The translations under genes were made by a program, and so were the position numbers. Below the pieces are notes generated by a model. That model ran no database searches. It was not told the origin of the DNA and saw nothing but the letters and a program-made list of their open reading frames with translations. DNA of 64,000 bases from a virus, in the IMG/VR virus record IMGVR_UViG_3300038463_000277, positions 4,960 through 68,959 of that record; one strand, written 5' to 3'. Positions 9,357 to 18,700 of this stretch are shown here, one piece after another; within the stretch, counting starts at the first letter, position 1, and every line of letters starts with the position of its first letter.

Positions 9357-10130
9357 CTATGCCCTCCAAGGTCGTCCGGTATGGACAACCCAAAGATCGG
9401 TATCCGGTGAGGCGATGACTTGGAACGGCATCCAGAAATAGCCCTTCTGCCCCCATGCAGTGCCCCAACTGTTCTGAATCAGCGCCAGCTCTTTCGGCGC
9501 GTCATAGCCGAGACAAAGGGTCTCGTGACCGCCGTCCAGTCGTTCGCCCGGCTTCGGGATCGGCATGATGCCGGTGTCCGCAACCTGCTGCGACATGAAT
9601 GACTCATAGACCGTGAAGCCAACCGTGACCGGCCACGGCGAGGGGTCAGACAAGCAAGTCATGAAGTCGTCGAGGTTCGCGATTCGGTGGTAGGCACCCG
9701 TCTTGTACTTGAGGGCGTTCGCCGCTTGTTCCGGCGTCGGGATCGTGAAGACGCCCGGCTTGTAGGGATAGAGCGCCGCCTCGCAGCATCCGAGCGCGGT
9801 GAGCTGCGCTGCACCCGAGCGCGGCATCGCGCCGTCGTCGTTCGGGTAAGAGCCTTCGGCGCGCAGCTCCTCGACATAGAGGCACTGCGGGCTCAAGATC
9901 GGCGATGACTTTTCGTAGCGCCGCGCAATCCACTCGCGCGCCGAAGAAAAAGCGTGCCCGGTGCAACTGCCTTCGTCGCCCTGATCCTTGATCGGGCCGC
10001 CCCATGGGCGCGTATCGACGTACTGCACAATGGGACGCGCGGGCGATGCGGCGCGATAGAGCCGGTCGCGCACGTCATGAACGTCGCGCTTCGCTCCGAA
10101 CTTGCGACCTTGCACTAAGGGGAAATTCAT
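9357..10130 (-). CDS. Papain-like cysteine peptidase (family C1A)
   Basis: QGDEGSCTGHA (Gln, Cys), GGHETLCLGY (His), IQNSWG (Asn), WGQKGYFW. Confidence 0.92.
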   Translation of the reverse strand: MNFPLVQGRKFGAKRDVHDVRDRLYRAASPARPIVQYVDTRPWGGPIKDQGDEGSCTGHAFSSAREWIARRYEKSSPILSPQCLYVEELRAEGSYPNDDGAMPRSGAAQLTALGCCEAALYPYKPGVFTIPTPEQAANALKYKTGAYHRIANLDDFMTCLSDPSPWPVTVGFTVYESFMSQQVADTGIMPIPKPGERLDGGHETLCLGYDAPKELALIQNSWGTAWGQKGYFWMPFQVIASPDTDLWVVHTGRPWRA

Positions 10131-10744
10131 TTAATGGCGTATGCCTTCTGCTCCGCTGGGAGCTGCCGATTGAAGTCAGCCTTGAACTGCGCGACGCTGC
10201 GCATCTTCGGCGTGGCGTTGATGAGCTTGGTGTCGGGGATCGCCGAGCGTTTCGCGCGCATCTCTTTCGAGCTGGCGGGCGCGGGGAGCTGCGTGCCGAA
10301 GCCCATGAGGGTCGAAACGATGACTTGCAGCAAGCCCTCGACAAGCGTCGCCGTGCTTCCGGCTGGCAGGTTGAGGTTCGACCAAAAAAGTTGGATGTTG
10401 GTTTCGGCGTCGGCGACGACGGTAGAAATCTTGCCGAGTAGCGTCGCCTTGTCGGCGGCGGGCGCGGCTTGGTAATCCTGCACCGCGACGGTCACATCCG
10501 CGAAAGCTGCTTTCACGGCAGTGATAAGCAACTGCACTGCGGTGCCGGTGCCGAGCGGAAGGACGCCAGCGCCCGCGAGCAGGTTCACCACTGCCGTGAA
10601 TCCTTGTAGCCCGACGGGCACGTATTTCTCGATGGCGGCAAAGATGTTGCCGCAGCTCGCAACGCCGAGGAAACTGCCAGCGGCGGCGATGGTCACGGCG
10701 GCTTTGGCGATGCTGGTTGCGAACGCTCTGCGATTCAAATTCAT
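10127..10744 (-). CDS. Tat-exported lipoprotein
   Basis: MNLNRRAF twin-arginine signal, lipobox GVASC; GGAG SD. Confidence 0.7.
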   Translation of the reverse strand: MNLNRRAFATSIAKAAVTIAAAGSFLGVASCGNIFAAIEKYVPVGLQGFTAVVNLLAGAGVLPLGTGTAVQLLITAVKAAFADVTVAVQDYQAAPAADKATLLGKISTVVADAETNIQLFWSNLNLPAGSTATLVEGLLQVIVSTLMGFGTQLPAPASSKEMRAKRSAIPDTKLINATPKMRSVAQFKADFNRQLPAEQKAYAIK

Positions 10745-10754
10745 AAGTCTCCCT

Positions 10755-11489
10755 TCACTGCAAAACCCGGACACTGTAAAACTCGGCGGCGGGTGTCCCC
10801 GCGCTGACGGCGCACACTTCAACCGTTACCGTGTTCGCGGCGGTCACGCTCGCATCGACCTTGAAACTCGCGCCCGGCAGACTGCCATCGGTTGCACTGG
10901 CGACGGCTGGCATCCCAACGGTCGCGCCGGTGATGGTTGCGGTTCCGACCGCGCACGCTCCGGCTGCGAGCGCGGACCCGCCGATATTCGTGCTCGTTCC
11001 CGCAAGCGATTGCACTGCCGGGGGGATTGGAGCGACGGGGCGAAGGTCAGAAACACAATTCGTAATGACAGACACGGTGCAGGCAACGGCGGCGTCCACG
11101 GTGAACGTGGTATTGCTCTCGATCTGATAGGTGTAAGCGGGACCGGCAACGCCGTTGAAGTAGGGCGTGATGCGCCAGCGCGAAAGCCCGAGGGTCGCGC
11201 CGCAAGTAATTTGATCGTTACCGAAAAGCGAAGTGGAATAAACCCCGCTCGAATTGGTGTGAACGTCGAAGGGCACGAAGGCGACGAGGCTCGCCCCGGT
11301 GACGCGGCCCATGTTGCCGCCGCAATAGGTGAGTTCGAAGCGCGCGAAGGTATTCAGCGCGGGCGTGCCTGCGGGAGTTTGCAGAGTGCCGGTGACAGTC
11401 GCCGGGGGTGTGGTCGCGGCATGGGCCACGGGCAGCAAGAGCATGGCGATGGCGGTGCGCAGCAAGTAGGTCTTCCAGCGCATTACCAT
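10755..11489 (-). CDS. Secreted beta-rich protein
   Basis: Sec signal peptide ending VAHA; Cys pairs; Thr/Ala-rich strands. Confidence 0.7.
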   Translation of the reverse strand: MVMRWKTYLLRTAIAMLLLPVAHAATTPPATVTGTLQTPAGTPALNTFARFELTYCGGNMGRVTGASLVAFVPFDVHTNSSGVYSTSLFGNDQITCGATLGLSRWRITPYFNGVAGPAYTYQIESNTTFTVDAAVACTVSVITNCVSDLRPVAPIPPAVQSLAGTSTNIGGSALAAGACAVGTATITGATVGMPAVASATDGSLPGASFKVDASVTAANTVTVEVCAVSAGTPAAEFYSVRVLQ

Positions 11490-11815
11490 GACGCTCCGCC
11501 CGGCACGAGTTGCATGACCGGCATCCCGAGCCCGCTCGGGACTCGCTTCCAGCTCCGCGAGCGTTCAATCACGAGCATCCGGCCCTTCGAAATCCAGCGG
11601 ACATCGCAGAGCCGCACGGGCACGGTTTCCATGCCGCGCACTCCGCCTGTCAGAACGACAACACTGTCGTTCACCATCTCGTTCGCGAGCCTTCGGGAAA
11701 TGTGGTGGTGATGGCGGCAGTCGGATACTGCGCCGTGCATTTCGAATGCAGAGGCTTGCTTAGGAGTCAGGATGCAGACGCCGTTGCTGTGCATTGATTG
11801 GGGTAGTAGGGGCAC
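11483..11815 (-). CDS. Hypothetical protein
   Basis: 110 aa overlapping the next gene; GTG start uncertain. Confidence 0.5.
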   Translation of the reverse strand: MPLLPQSMHSNGVCILTPKQASAFEMHGAVSDCRHHHHISRRLANEMVNDSVVVLTGGVRGMETVPVRLCDVRWISKGRMLVIERSRSWKRVPSGLGMPVMQLVPGGASW

Positions 11816-11837
11816 CTACGGCGTAGGCGCACCCGGA

Positions 11838-12047
11838 CGCGGTTGAAACTGAGGATGGTCGGCTCGCGCAAGCCGGACTGATTGGAAGACCCGAGGTCTC
11901 TCAGTGCTTCCGAACTACCAAAGAGGTGCCGAGGTGTGATCGGCACCCTCTGCGGTTCTAGAGTGGGCTACCTCTGGCGAAATAGCAAGAGCTAAGTTCC
12001 GCCAGAGGTTCACCCACTCTTTTCGGCCCACACTCTGATAACCGCGT
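11838..12047 (-). ncRNA. Candidate structured RNA (closed multi-stem junction)
   Basis: ACGCGGTT/AACCGCGT closing stem enclosing four hairpins; intergenic. Confidence 0.55.
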
Positions 12048-12067
12048 AGAGGCTGTAAAGAAGTTTA

Positions 12068-12532
12068 CTACTGAACCGTCGTGGCGGGCTCCGGTTGTCG
12101 CGGACCCGGCGCAGGCGGCGCATTCGGTTTTGGGTTGAAGAGCGGAGTCGCCTCGGTGATCACATCCGAAACGGCCACAGTGCCGGAACTGACTTTGTAA
12201 TGGGGCCGGTCGTAGATGTGACTGCGCTCGCTGTCATAACTGGATTCGCGCCGATGGGGATCGGGCGGAGCGTTCGGGCCAACGAGGCGGGGCTTGGGGT
12301 TGTTCGGGTCCGGGGCTGGGGTAGCTGGGTCGTGCGGATCGTGTGGGGCGTTCGGGCCGAGCCCGGTGCCGTGGCGTGCTTCAATGTGCTTGATGAGGAG
12401 CTGCTTCGCATCGCCCTCGCTCGTGCCGAGCACATGGGCGCGATAGCCGCCAGAGGGTTCGTTGCCAAGGTTGTAGGAGAAAGTGAAAACGTGAAGCGGT
12501 TTCGGCTTGCCGTCCTTCGTTGGTTCTGTCAT
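12068..12532 (-). CDS. Hypothetical protein with GPNAP repeats
   Basis: GAGGAGG SD; two GPNAPxDPH repeats. Confidence 0.6.
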   Translation of the reverse strand: MTEPTKDGKPKPLHVFTFSYNLGNEPSGGYRAHVLGTSEGDAKQLLIKHIEARHGTGLGPNAPHDPHDPATPAPDPNNPKPRLVGPNAPPDPHRRESSYDSERSHIYDRPHYKVSSGTVAVSDVITEATPLFNPKPNAPPAPGPRQPEPATTVQ

Positions 12533-12635
12533 CTGACCCTCCTCGGGGCATACGCCTCCGAGGGTAGAGCTGTACCTCGGGGAAAGCAAGGGGAGAAATG
12601 AAAGGGGCGGGGGAGAGTACCCCCCCTCCTCAAGG

Positions 12636-12989
12636 TCAGGCTTTCTTTTTCTTCATGAAGCCGGGCAGCTCGCCGCGATCCTTGCGGGCTTGCGCCGTGG
12701 CCCTTCCCGAGATGCTGCGGCGGCGCGTGGTCAGTGAATCACGCTGCGACGCGACGGCGTTCGTCACCTTCGCAGGCATATAGAGCCGCACCGTTCCATC
12801 GCGGTCGATCTGTTCGACGAAGACGGTATCGCCCGCTTCCTCGCGCGCGGTCTGGATGATATAGGTCTTCGTCGAGCCCGTCATCTTCTCCACGTACTTG
12901 ATGGTTGAGGGTTTGGTCATGAGGGCGTTGCCGTCCTTCATGGCCGCATAGAGCCGGTCGTACTCGTTTGTCTTTTGGAATTCGTCCAT
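12636..12989 (-). CDS. Hypothetical basic protein
   Basis: AAGGA SD; followed by a GC hairpin. Confidence 0.65.
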   Translation of the reverse strand: MDEFQKTNEYDRLYAAMKDGNALMTKPSTIKYVEKMTGSTKTYIIQTAREEAGDTVFVEQIDRDGTVRLYMPAKVTNAVASQRDSLTTRRRSISGRATAQARKDRGELPGFMKKKKA

Positions 12990-13100
12990 TGGTATTTTCC
13001 TTTCGAGCTACATCCATTATTTCATGGCGTTCTCGGCGGGACACACGTTTCAACCAATATCCATGGGGTTGCGAGCGAGGTCGCGTTGACAGGAAGGGAG

Positions 13101-13323
13101 TTAATTTTTTTCTTGACAGTCGGGCGGAGATTTTTTAGAGGGTCGCCCTCTGAATGGGATAAAGTCGGGATTGCCGACGTTGAGCCGGTTCACGAGCGCA
13201 ATCCAATCGCCCTCCTCTTTCAAGCCGCGCGCATAGCCGAGCGCGAGCAGGATGAAACGGAAGTCGTCCGGGCTCCATGGTGAGAACTATGTCTCCGTTT
13301 TCCGTGCGAGAATATCCGCGCAT
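13101..13323 (-). pseudogene. Small protein gene interrupted by a +1 frameshift
   Basis: MRGYSRTENGDIVLTMEP continues plausibly (DDFRFILLALGY...NRLNVGNPDF) only after removing one base at CCCGGAC near 13270. Confidence 0.5.
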
Positions 13324-13556
13324 CGTTGCTTCTCCGCTTCTAGGTGGTCTGTGAGTTCTTGATATAGGTCATCCATTTTCACTAGGTCGGCGGGCGTCGC
13401 CTCGGTGCCGGGTGAGAGCATACCCATGACGACATCGAACAGCGCCGACGCCCCGGCGTAGAAGGATCGCCGCATCTCCTCGACTTGCGTCGGGCTCGCT
13501 TGCCGATGAATGACAACCGCCCGGAAGACTTGCCATTGCGCTTCAAGCCGCCTCAT
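13287..13556 (-). CDS. Hypothetical phage protein
   Basis: QVEEMRRSFYAGA motif; ATGA-type coupling. Confidence 0.65.
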   Translation of the reverse strand: MRRLEAQWQVFRAVVIHRQASPTQVEEMRRSFYAGASALFDVVMGMLSPGTEATPADLVKMDDLYQELTDHLEAEKQRCADILARKTET

Positions 13557-13764
13557 GTTCCTGCCTCCAGTGTTCCTCGAATTCTTCGAACGACTGCGGG
13601 AGCCCGCGGACCTCGGACCCCTTCAAGCCGTGCCGCGCGATGCACACCCGGCAAGCGAGACCGCGATGCGCCGAGGTCATAACGAGCGCCGGTTCCCGCC
13701 ACTTCACCCACGGGAAACGCTCCTCCAGTTGCTTGATTGTCCACGGCCCTTCGGGGATGCTCAT
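13543..13764 (-). CDS. Small Cys/His protein
   Basis: CRVC...HxxxxH; coupled to the upstream gene. Confidence 0.55.
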   Translation of the reverse strand: MSIPEGPWTIKQLEERFPWVKWREPALVMTSAHRGLACRVCIARHGLKGSEVRGLPQSFEEFEEHWRQEHEAA

Positions 13765-14087
13765 GCACGTTTCAATTCCCGGTGCTTGCGAAAGAGGTCA
13801 TGGCTGCGCTTCACTTGCAGCCGCATCAAGTTCATGGGCGCGAAGGGATACTTCTTCACCATGGCCGCAAGCGCGTGCTCGCGCAGCTCCTCCCACTTCT
13901 CCGCCGCGATCAGGGCCGCGCACTCCTGACAGGCAAGCCAGTCGCCGCGCGAACGCATCTCGGGCAAGCCCGGCCTTTTCTCATCCATGAGGAAATTATC
14001 CTCGGCGCGCAGGGCGACGACTGGTTTCGGGTCGGAACAGAAATCGCAAATGTCGTTTGGCGAAACGCGGACCTCTAGTTCGATCAT
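13761..14087 (-). CDS. Zinc-binding protein (CDFC...WxACxxC)
   Basis: Two CxxC pairs; paralogous domain in 42637-43113. Confidence 0.65.
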   Translation of the reverse strand: MIELEVRVSPNDICDFCSDPKPVVALRAEDNFLMDEKRPGLPEMRSRGDWLACQECAALIAAEKWEELREHALAAMVKKYPFAPMNLMRLQVKRSHDLFRKHRELKRA

Positions 14088-14413
14088 GGCTCGGGCGGTC
14101 GCTCCCCTTTCGGAAAGTATTTGATCTTCGGGCGCGTCGTGACTTCCGTCACCCAATCCATGTAATCGTAGGTCGGTCGCATCATGCAACTATCGACGTG
14201 CCCCGGCAGAACTTGCAGGCAGTTCACGCAACGCGGCGGCAAGGTCACACCGCGCTTGCGCAGGTCGGTCTCGTAAGCCCATATAATTTCGCGCATCGCC
14301 TGTAACTGGCGGCCACGGCGCAGATTCCGCCACGCGCTCGGGATGAGAATGAAGAAACAGATGGCCATGTTTCCGCAGGCGATGATGAGGCCGACCCCGG
14401 TGTTAAGCGTCAT
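14084..14413 (-). CDS. Membrane-anchored small Zn-finger protein
   Basis: N-terminal TM helix; CxxC...HxxxC. Confidence 0.55.
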   Translation of the reverse strand: MTLNTGVGLIIACGNMAICFFILIPSAWRNLRRGRQLQAMREIIWAYETDLRKRGVTLPPRCVNCLQVLPGHVDSCMMRPTYDYMDWVTEVTTRPKIKYFPKGERPPEP

Positions 14414-14627
14414 TTTGGCCGTCGTCCTCCATATTGATTCTCACGATGTCGTCCACGACGATGCCCGACGCCTTCTGTAACGCATCATTGAGAAACTTCA
14501 CTACTAATAATCCCTCCAGCGGGTTCGCGGTCTCGGCGATGAGTATGTCCACAAGCCGCTTCGTGACGTTCTCGATATGCTGTTGGCGCTCAGGCGTCAG
14601 TTCGAGGAGTCTTATTTTCTGTGTCAC
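14403..14627 (-). CDS. Hypothetical protein
   Basis: Tiles with neighbours. Confidence 0.55.
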   Translation of the reverse strand: MTQKIRLLELTPERQQHIENVTKRLVDILIAETANPLEGLLVVKFLNDALQKASGIVVDDIVRINMEDDGQNDA

Positions 14628-14630
14628 GGC

Positions 14631-14843
14631 TCAAATTTCTCCCCTGTCTATGCAGTTGCGAAGCGCCTCGTTGTCGATCAGGGAAGCGTTGCGGCAGAGC
14701 TTCGCGTACTCCGCCTTTTTGATAATCAGAAAATCGCCGTCCGGCAAGCGCAGGTCACACCACAACGCGAGCAGGGCGATAAATCCCTGCTGCTCCTCTT
14801 CGGAGAGCTGGCGAAAGAATTCGAAAACGTGCGTGCCCGTCAT
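14631..14843 (-). CDS. Hypothetical protein
   Basis: ATGA overlap with the upstream gene. Confidence 0.5.
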   Translation of the reverse strand: MTGTHVFEFFRQLSEEEQQGFIALLALWCDLRLPDGDFLIIKKAEYAKLCRNASLIDNEALRNCIDRGEI

Positions 14844-15187
14844 GCGGTTAGCTTTCTGAGTTTAGCGGAGAGAAACAGTTCCGAGATGTGCTGCGCCGTC
14901 GCGAGCCGGAAGTCGATCATGCAATAGCTGCAAACCATCTCGCCATCGTCGCCGTACCTGTATTCTGGCGGGCACTCGTGATGCTCCCAGAGCAAGCGCC
15001 GCAGGGTCATCTCGCGGGCATGAGAGAGTTTCGCATCACGTTGCCCGATAAACTCGAAGAAGGCCGCGCCCGCTTCGCCCTCATCCGCGTAACCCTCGAC
15101 GGGATGCGCATCGAAAAACGAATTCAGGTTGTGCATGACGTGCGCGAAGATCGCGACCGTCACGGCGCGCTCATGCGCTTTTTTCAT
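14840..15187 (-). CDS. Hypothetical protein with YGDDGEMxC motif
   Basis: LRRLLWxxHxC...YGDDGEMVCxxCMIDF. Confidence 0.6.
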   Translation of the reverse strand: MKKAHERAVTVAIFAHVMHNLNSFFDAHPVEGYADEGEAGAAFFEFIGQRDAKLSHAREMTLRRLLWEHHECPPEYRYGDDGEMVCSYCMIDFRLATAQHISELFLSAKLRKLTA

Positions 15188-15602
15188 GGCGGGCCGCCTC
15201 TCGTTGTTCCATAAGTTTCTCATTGGGCGGGATGGTGCCGAGGGTCGCGCCGCACTGCGGGCAAAAGATCAGCCACACCGGGCTCTCGTTCGAGTAGGTG
15301 CCGAGCTGCTCGACGGTTGACTTACACTCCGGGCAGTGTGGCAGCTTCTTCGCCGCCGTCGCCGCGCGTGTGTCTTCGTGGATGCCGCCCGGCTCGACCA
15401 TCTTCGCAATTTCGCGGGCGTCGGCTACCGGCGTCTCGCTGAAAGCGATGGCGATGCTCATCTGCGCCGGGAGCCCGCGCGGGAAGAGGTCGCGGGTATT
15501 GAATTCGATGGGCTTACCCTCTTTCAGCCGTTCGAGGTTGCCCGGCTCCAGAATGCAGAGCAGGAACTTGCCGTTTTTGCCGTCGCCTACGATTTTATTC
15601 AT
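15171..15602 (-). CDS. Zinc-ribbon protein
   Basis: CPEC...CPQC at the C-terminus. Confidence 0.6.
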   Translation of the reverse strand: MNKIVGDGKNGKFLLCILEPGNLERLKEGKPIEFNTRDLFPRGLPAQMSIAIAFSETPVADAREIAKMVEPGGIHEDTRAATAAKKLPHCPECKSTVEQLGTYSNESPVWLIFCPQCGATLGTIPPNEKLMEQREAARHEKSA

Positions 15603-15775
15603 GCCGGTCTCACCACCTTGATTTCGATAACGCCATGCTCGCTCACCGCGCGCGCGCTGTGCTTGTCGCACTGATCGCAGGTAAAGCCGAAGCACTTTCT
15701 TTTCGGCGACCAAATGACAAAAATCTTGTGCCCCTTCAGGCACGTGACGTAGTTCGCTTTTTCGTTGTCGCTCAT
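15599..15775 (-). CDS. Small zinc-ribbon protein
   Basis: CxxxH...CxxC; ATGA coupling. Confidence 0.5.
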   Translation of the reverse strand: MSDNEKANYVTCLKGHKIFVIWSPKRKCFGFTCDQCDKHSARAVSEHGVIEIKVVRPA

Positions 15776-15999
15776 ACCCCGCTCCGTGAGTCCGTCGTCG
15801 GCCACTGTCCCGACTTCGCCCAATATTTATGCTCGTCCGTGCGAATCATCAAGAGATGCGCGATTACTTCGTCCGTCGGCGTCATGAGCCCGGCGTGCGT
15901 GAACTGATAGAAGCCCATGGGATGCAGGCAGAGCGCCGCGAGCACCTTGCCGCCCGTTTCCTTGTCGCCCTTGATGCTGTGCAGGATTTCAACGTCCAT
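15772..15999 (-). CDS. Hypothetical protein
   Basis: GAGGA SD. Confidence 0.55.
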   Translation of the reverse strand: MDVEILHSIKGDKETGGKVLAALCLHPMGFYQFTHAGLMTPTDEVIAHLLMIRTDEHKYWAKSGQWPTTDSRSGV

Positions 16000-16369
16000 A
16001 GAGTCCTCGTTTTCTCACTCCGGCAGAAGGACAAGATGAAGCACGTCGCATCCAACATGCTCAACCCGATGGCCTTCTGCCGGGGATTGTTGGAGCGGCA
16101 ACTTATATCCAGCGCAATGCGGTAGCTCTGAGCACTTCTTACCGGGGCCGCAAAGCTCGCTCTGTTAAAACGTGAGAACGATCAAGTTTGCACCTTGACC
16201 GCAGCCTCGTACACCCCTCCCGCTCTCGCTGGAACTTCATTGCCGCAACTCCCCGGCTGGGATATGGCGACCACAGCCGGAAACAAGTAAGGCAGCCGCA
16301 CGCCCCGATAGGTAGCCCACGGCTGCCCTAGTGGGTCAGAAAGGAGAAATATTATCTGACCCAACGCGT

Positions 16370-16789
16370 TTAGGCCGGTAGGGCGAACCCCGACGGCGCG
16401 GTATTCGCTAAGTCGCGATCCTTGGCCTGCTCGGCGCTGAGCAAAACATTCTGCGTCGCGCGAAGCTGATCGAGCTTGAGCACGTGCTCCGTCATTTCGA
16501 TTTTCAGGCGCTCAATAGTCTGCTCTTCGCTCTTAATCTCGCCCGCGAATTGTTCCTTGAGCGCGGTGAGCTGGCCGAAGGCTTGGCTCTCTGCGCGCAG
16601 CTCGGGCGCGTGCCCGTTCGTCTTCGCGACGATCTTCGCCTTCCCGACAAACGTGTGCTTGAGCTGCGTGTGCTTCGGTTTGTAGCTCGGGCGGTGTGAG
16701 GGGTTCGCGTTGTAGTGACGGCCTAAATCGCCGGGGCCGCCGTAGGTTTCGCCGCAATTTTTGCACGTGTAGATTCTCGCGGTTCTCAT
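16370..16789 (-). CDS. C2H2-type zinc finger plus coiled-coil protein
   Basis: YTCKNCGETY...LGRHYNANPSH; heptad C-terminus; AAGGA SD. Confidence 0.65.
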   Translation of the reverse strand: MRTARIYTCKNCGETYGGPGDLGRHYNANPSHRPSYKPKHTQLKHTFVGKAKIVAKTNGHAPELRAESQAFGQLTALKEQFAGEIKSEEQTIERLKIEMTEHVLKLDQLRATQNVLLSAEQAKDRDLANTAPSGFALPA

Positions 16790-16822
16790 GATCTTTTTCC
16801 TTTTCAGTTTGGCTGGATTTTA

Positions 16823-17299
16823 CTAGCTGGCTTTCGCCGGGTCGGTCCAATCGGAGAGACAGAGCTTGCCGTCGATTTCGACGATCTGGCCCGCCCGTTT
16901 GCGCGAGGAGACGGCAACGCTTATCACTGTCCGGTCTCTCCCGCTTGCTGCCTGTAGCGCGTCGGTGAGTTCTTTGCCGGTCATCGGCTTGGTGAGAACT
17001 TGGCTTACTAGGCCGGGCCACTTGGCGCTTCCGTTCCCGTTCCCGTTCCCGTTACCGTTCGCGCTCCTCACCATGGCGAGCGGTTGCGTGGTGAGGCTTA
17101 TGACCGATTTCAGCGAGGTTGCAACCTCACGCCAGCGCGCCGCTTCCGCCGCGCAGCGTTTTTGCTCCGCGTCATAGAAACGAACTTTCGTTTCGGCGTC
17201 GGTGAGCGCCGCCTCCATCGTCCCGGTAACGACTTCGGATACTGCCGGAGCTTCGTTTCTCCGAAGGCCCGCTTCCATTTGTTCTGTGTGAAATGACAT
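16823..17299 (-). CDS. Coiled-coil/winged-helix DNA-binding protein
   Basis: AAGGAG SD before ATG 17299; C-terminal PMTGKELTDAL wHTH-like region; NG repeat linker. Confidence 0.6.
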   Translation of the reverse strand: MSFHTEQMEAGLRRNEAPAVSEVVTGTMEAALTDAETKVRFYDAEQKRCAAEAARWREVATSLKSVISLTTQPLAMVRSANGNGNGNGNGSAKWPGLVSQVLTKPMTGKELTDALQAASGRDRTVISVAVSSRKRAGQIVEIDGKLCLSDWTDPAKAS

Positions 17300-18033
17300 T
17301 GAAGTTTTCTCCTTTACTCGGTTGAGATACTCGCGAACAGCGGCGTCTCCACCTTGCGCGCGCAGTATGTTGACATGATTGATGACTTCGGGGCTGTATT
17401 GAAAGCAGGGCGCTTTCTCGTGGTAAGTCGCGCGTTGCCGGATTTCCACGGGATTATGTGCAAAAATCCGTGAAGCAACCGCCATGCGCGGCGCACCTTC
17501 GAGAAACTCATCGGGGCGTGCCTCGGTCAAATGCAGCATCCCGCCTTGCGGGGGAGTGTTTTCGACGATGCGAAACTTCTTAGCTCCGCCCCTTGTTCCG
17601 GGGCGGCTGTTTCTTACTGAGACTGGTTTGGGTGAGCCTAAGACACGGCGAGCGCCGTGCCGTATTTCGTTTGCAACATCATAGGTTGTTCGCATAGAGA
17701 TAAAGTTACTAACTGTCTTGCGAGGCCCAATGTACTAAAGTAACAATGCCCGCATGATACACCTTTTTGTTCCGTGTCAAGAACAATATTTAATCCCTAC
17801 CAGACAGAGGGGGTATCCCTCACTCTTCCTCATTCTCTCCGACCGGCAAACCCCGCGTCCAGCGCGTTGTCCACCATGCCGAGGCGATTCCGTTGTGCGG
17901 ATCGACCTCACGCGCAAGGCAGCGCCAACAATAGTTAAAGCCGGGGCGCAAGGGCTCCGGGTGAAACTGACAGAGGGGCGCGAGACCTTGGTAGGGCGCT
18001 CGTTCCGGGGCTGGTCCGGCAGAGGCCATGAGG

Positions 18034-18462
18034 TCACCCATCGCTTTCTGTAGTAGGCCCGCGCGGTTCGGGCGGAAAGCTGACGGCAAACTTCTCCGGC
18101 TCGCCCTTCTGATAGCGGACCTCGTACCATGCTTCGTGTTTTGTCCAATGCTCGACCGGCAAATGAATGCGGTGCCGGGAGCCGCACTCGTGGCGCTCCG
18201 ATAAGCGCCAGAAGGTATCCTTTGCGACCGTGTAGATTGCGCCCGAGGCGTCCACGAAATGAATCTCTTTCACTTCCGGGGCGTGCTGCATCAAGTACCA
18301 CGCGGCGCGCTCATCGAGCGAGAACGAGCCCGTAGCGAGCGACTCGCGGGGCTTCGAGCGATGGAAAACCGTCGCGTCGGGGAGTGAGACGATGCGCCCC
18401 TCAACCTGCTTTTTGCCCTTCACCGTGACGATGACGGCGCATTCTGTTTCAGCCTGCCACAT
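18034..18462 (-). CDS. Hypothetical phage protein
   Basis: 142 aa; AGGAG SD; tiles with neighbours. Confidence 0.55.
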   Translation of the reverse strand: MWQAETECAVIVTVKGKKQVEGRIVSLPDATVFHRSKPRESLATGSFSLDERAAWYLMQHAPEVKEIHFVDASGAIYTVAKDTFWRLSERHECGSRHRIHLPVEHWTKHEAWYEVRYQKGEPEKFAVSFPPEPRGPTTESDG

Positions 18463-18637
18463 CTAGACTCCTCTCCCGCCGTTCCTTGCGTTCGTGCTCC
18501 GCGAAGACCGCGAGCAGCACCCAGATTGTGACCGACCCCTTGTATTCGTTCGGCAGCTCGTGCCACCAATCGCGAGCGCGCCGCGCTTCCAGTTCGCCGA
18601 CGTTGTAACGGTTGAGCATTTCTAGGTCGAGGCTCAT
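18449..18637 (-). CDS. Hypothetical protein
   Basis: GGAG SD; 62 aa. Confidence 0.5.
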   Translation of the reverse strand: MSLDLEMLNRYNVGELEARRARDWWHELPNEYKGSVTIWVLLAVFAEHERKERRERSLDVAG

Positions 18638-18700
18638 GATTTTGGCTCCATTCCCGTCGGTCCATAAGACGGCTCGTGCTCCAGAAACGCGCCGTCCGTT

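Noticed and set aside
13086-13118. Two plus-strand TTGACA hexamers
   Set aside because: No convincing -10 element at the right spacing
17030-17060. TTCCCG tandem repeat as a phase-variation tract
   Set aside because: In-frame hexamer encoding an NG linker; copy changes would not shift the frame
17300-17695. N-terminal extension of the 290-aa ORF 16823-17695
   Set aside because: A strong SD precedes ATG 17299; the upstream part looks like leader or regulatory sequence
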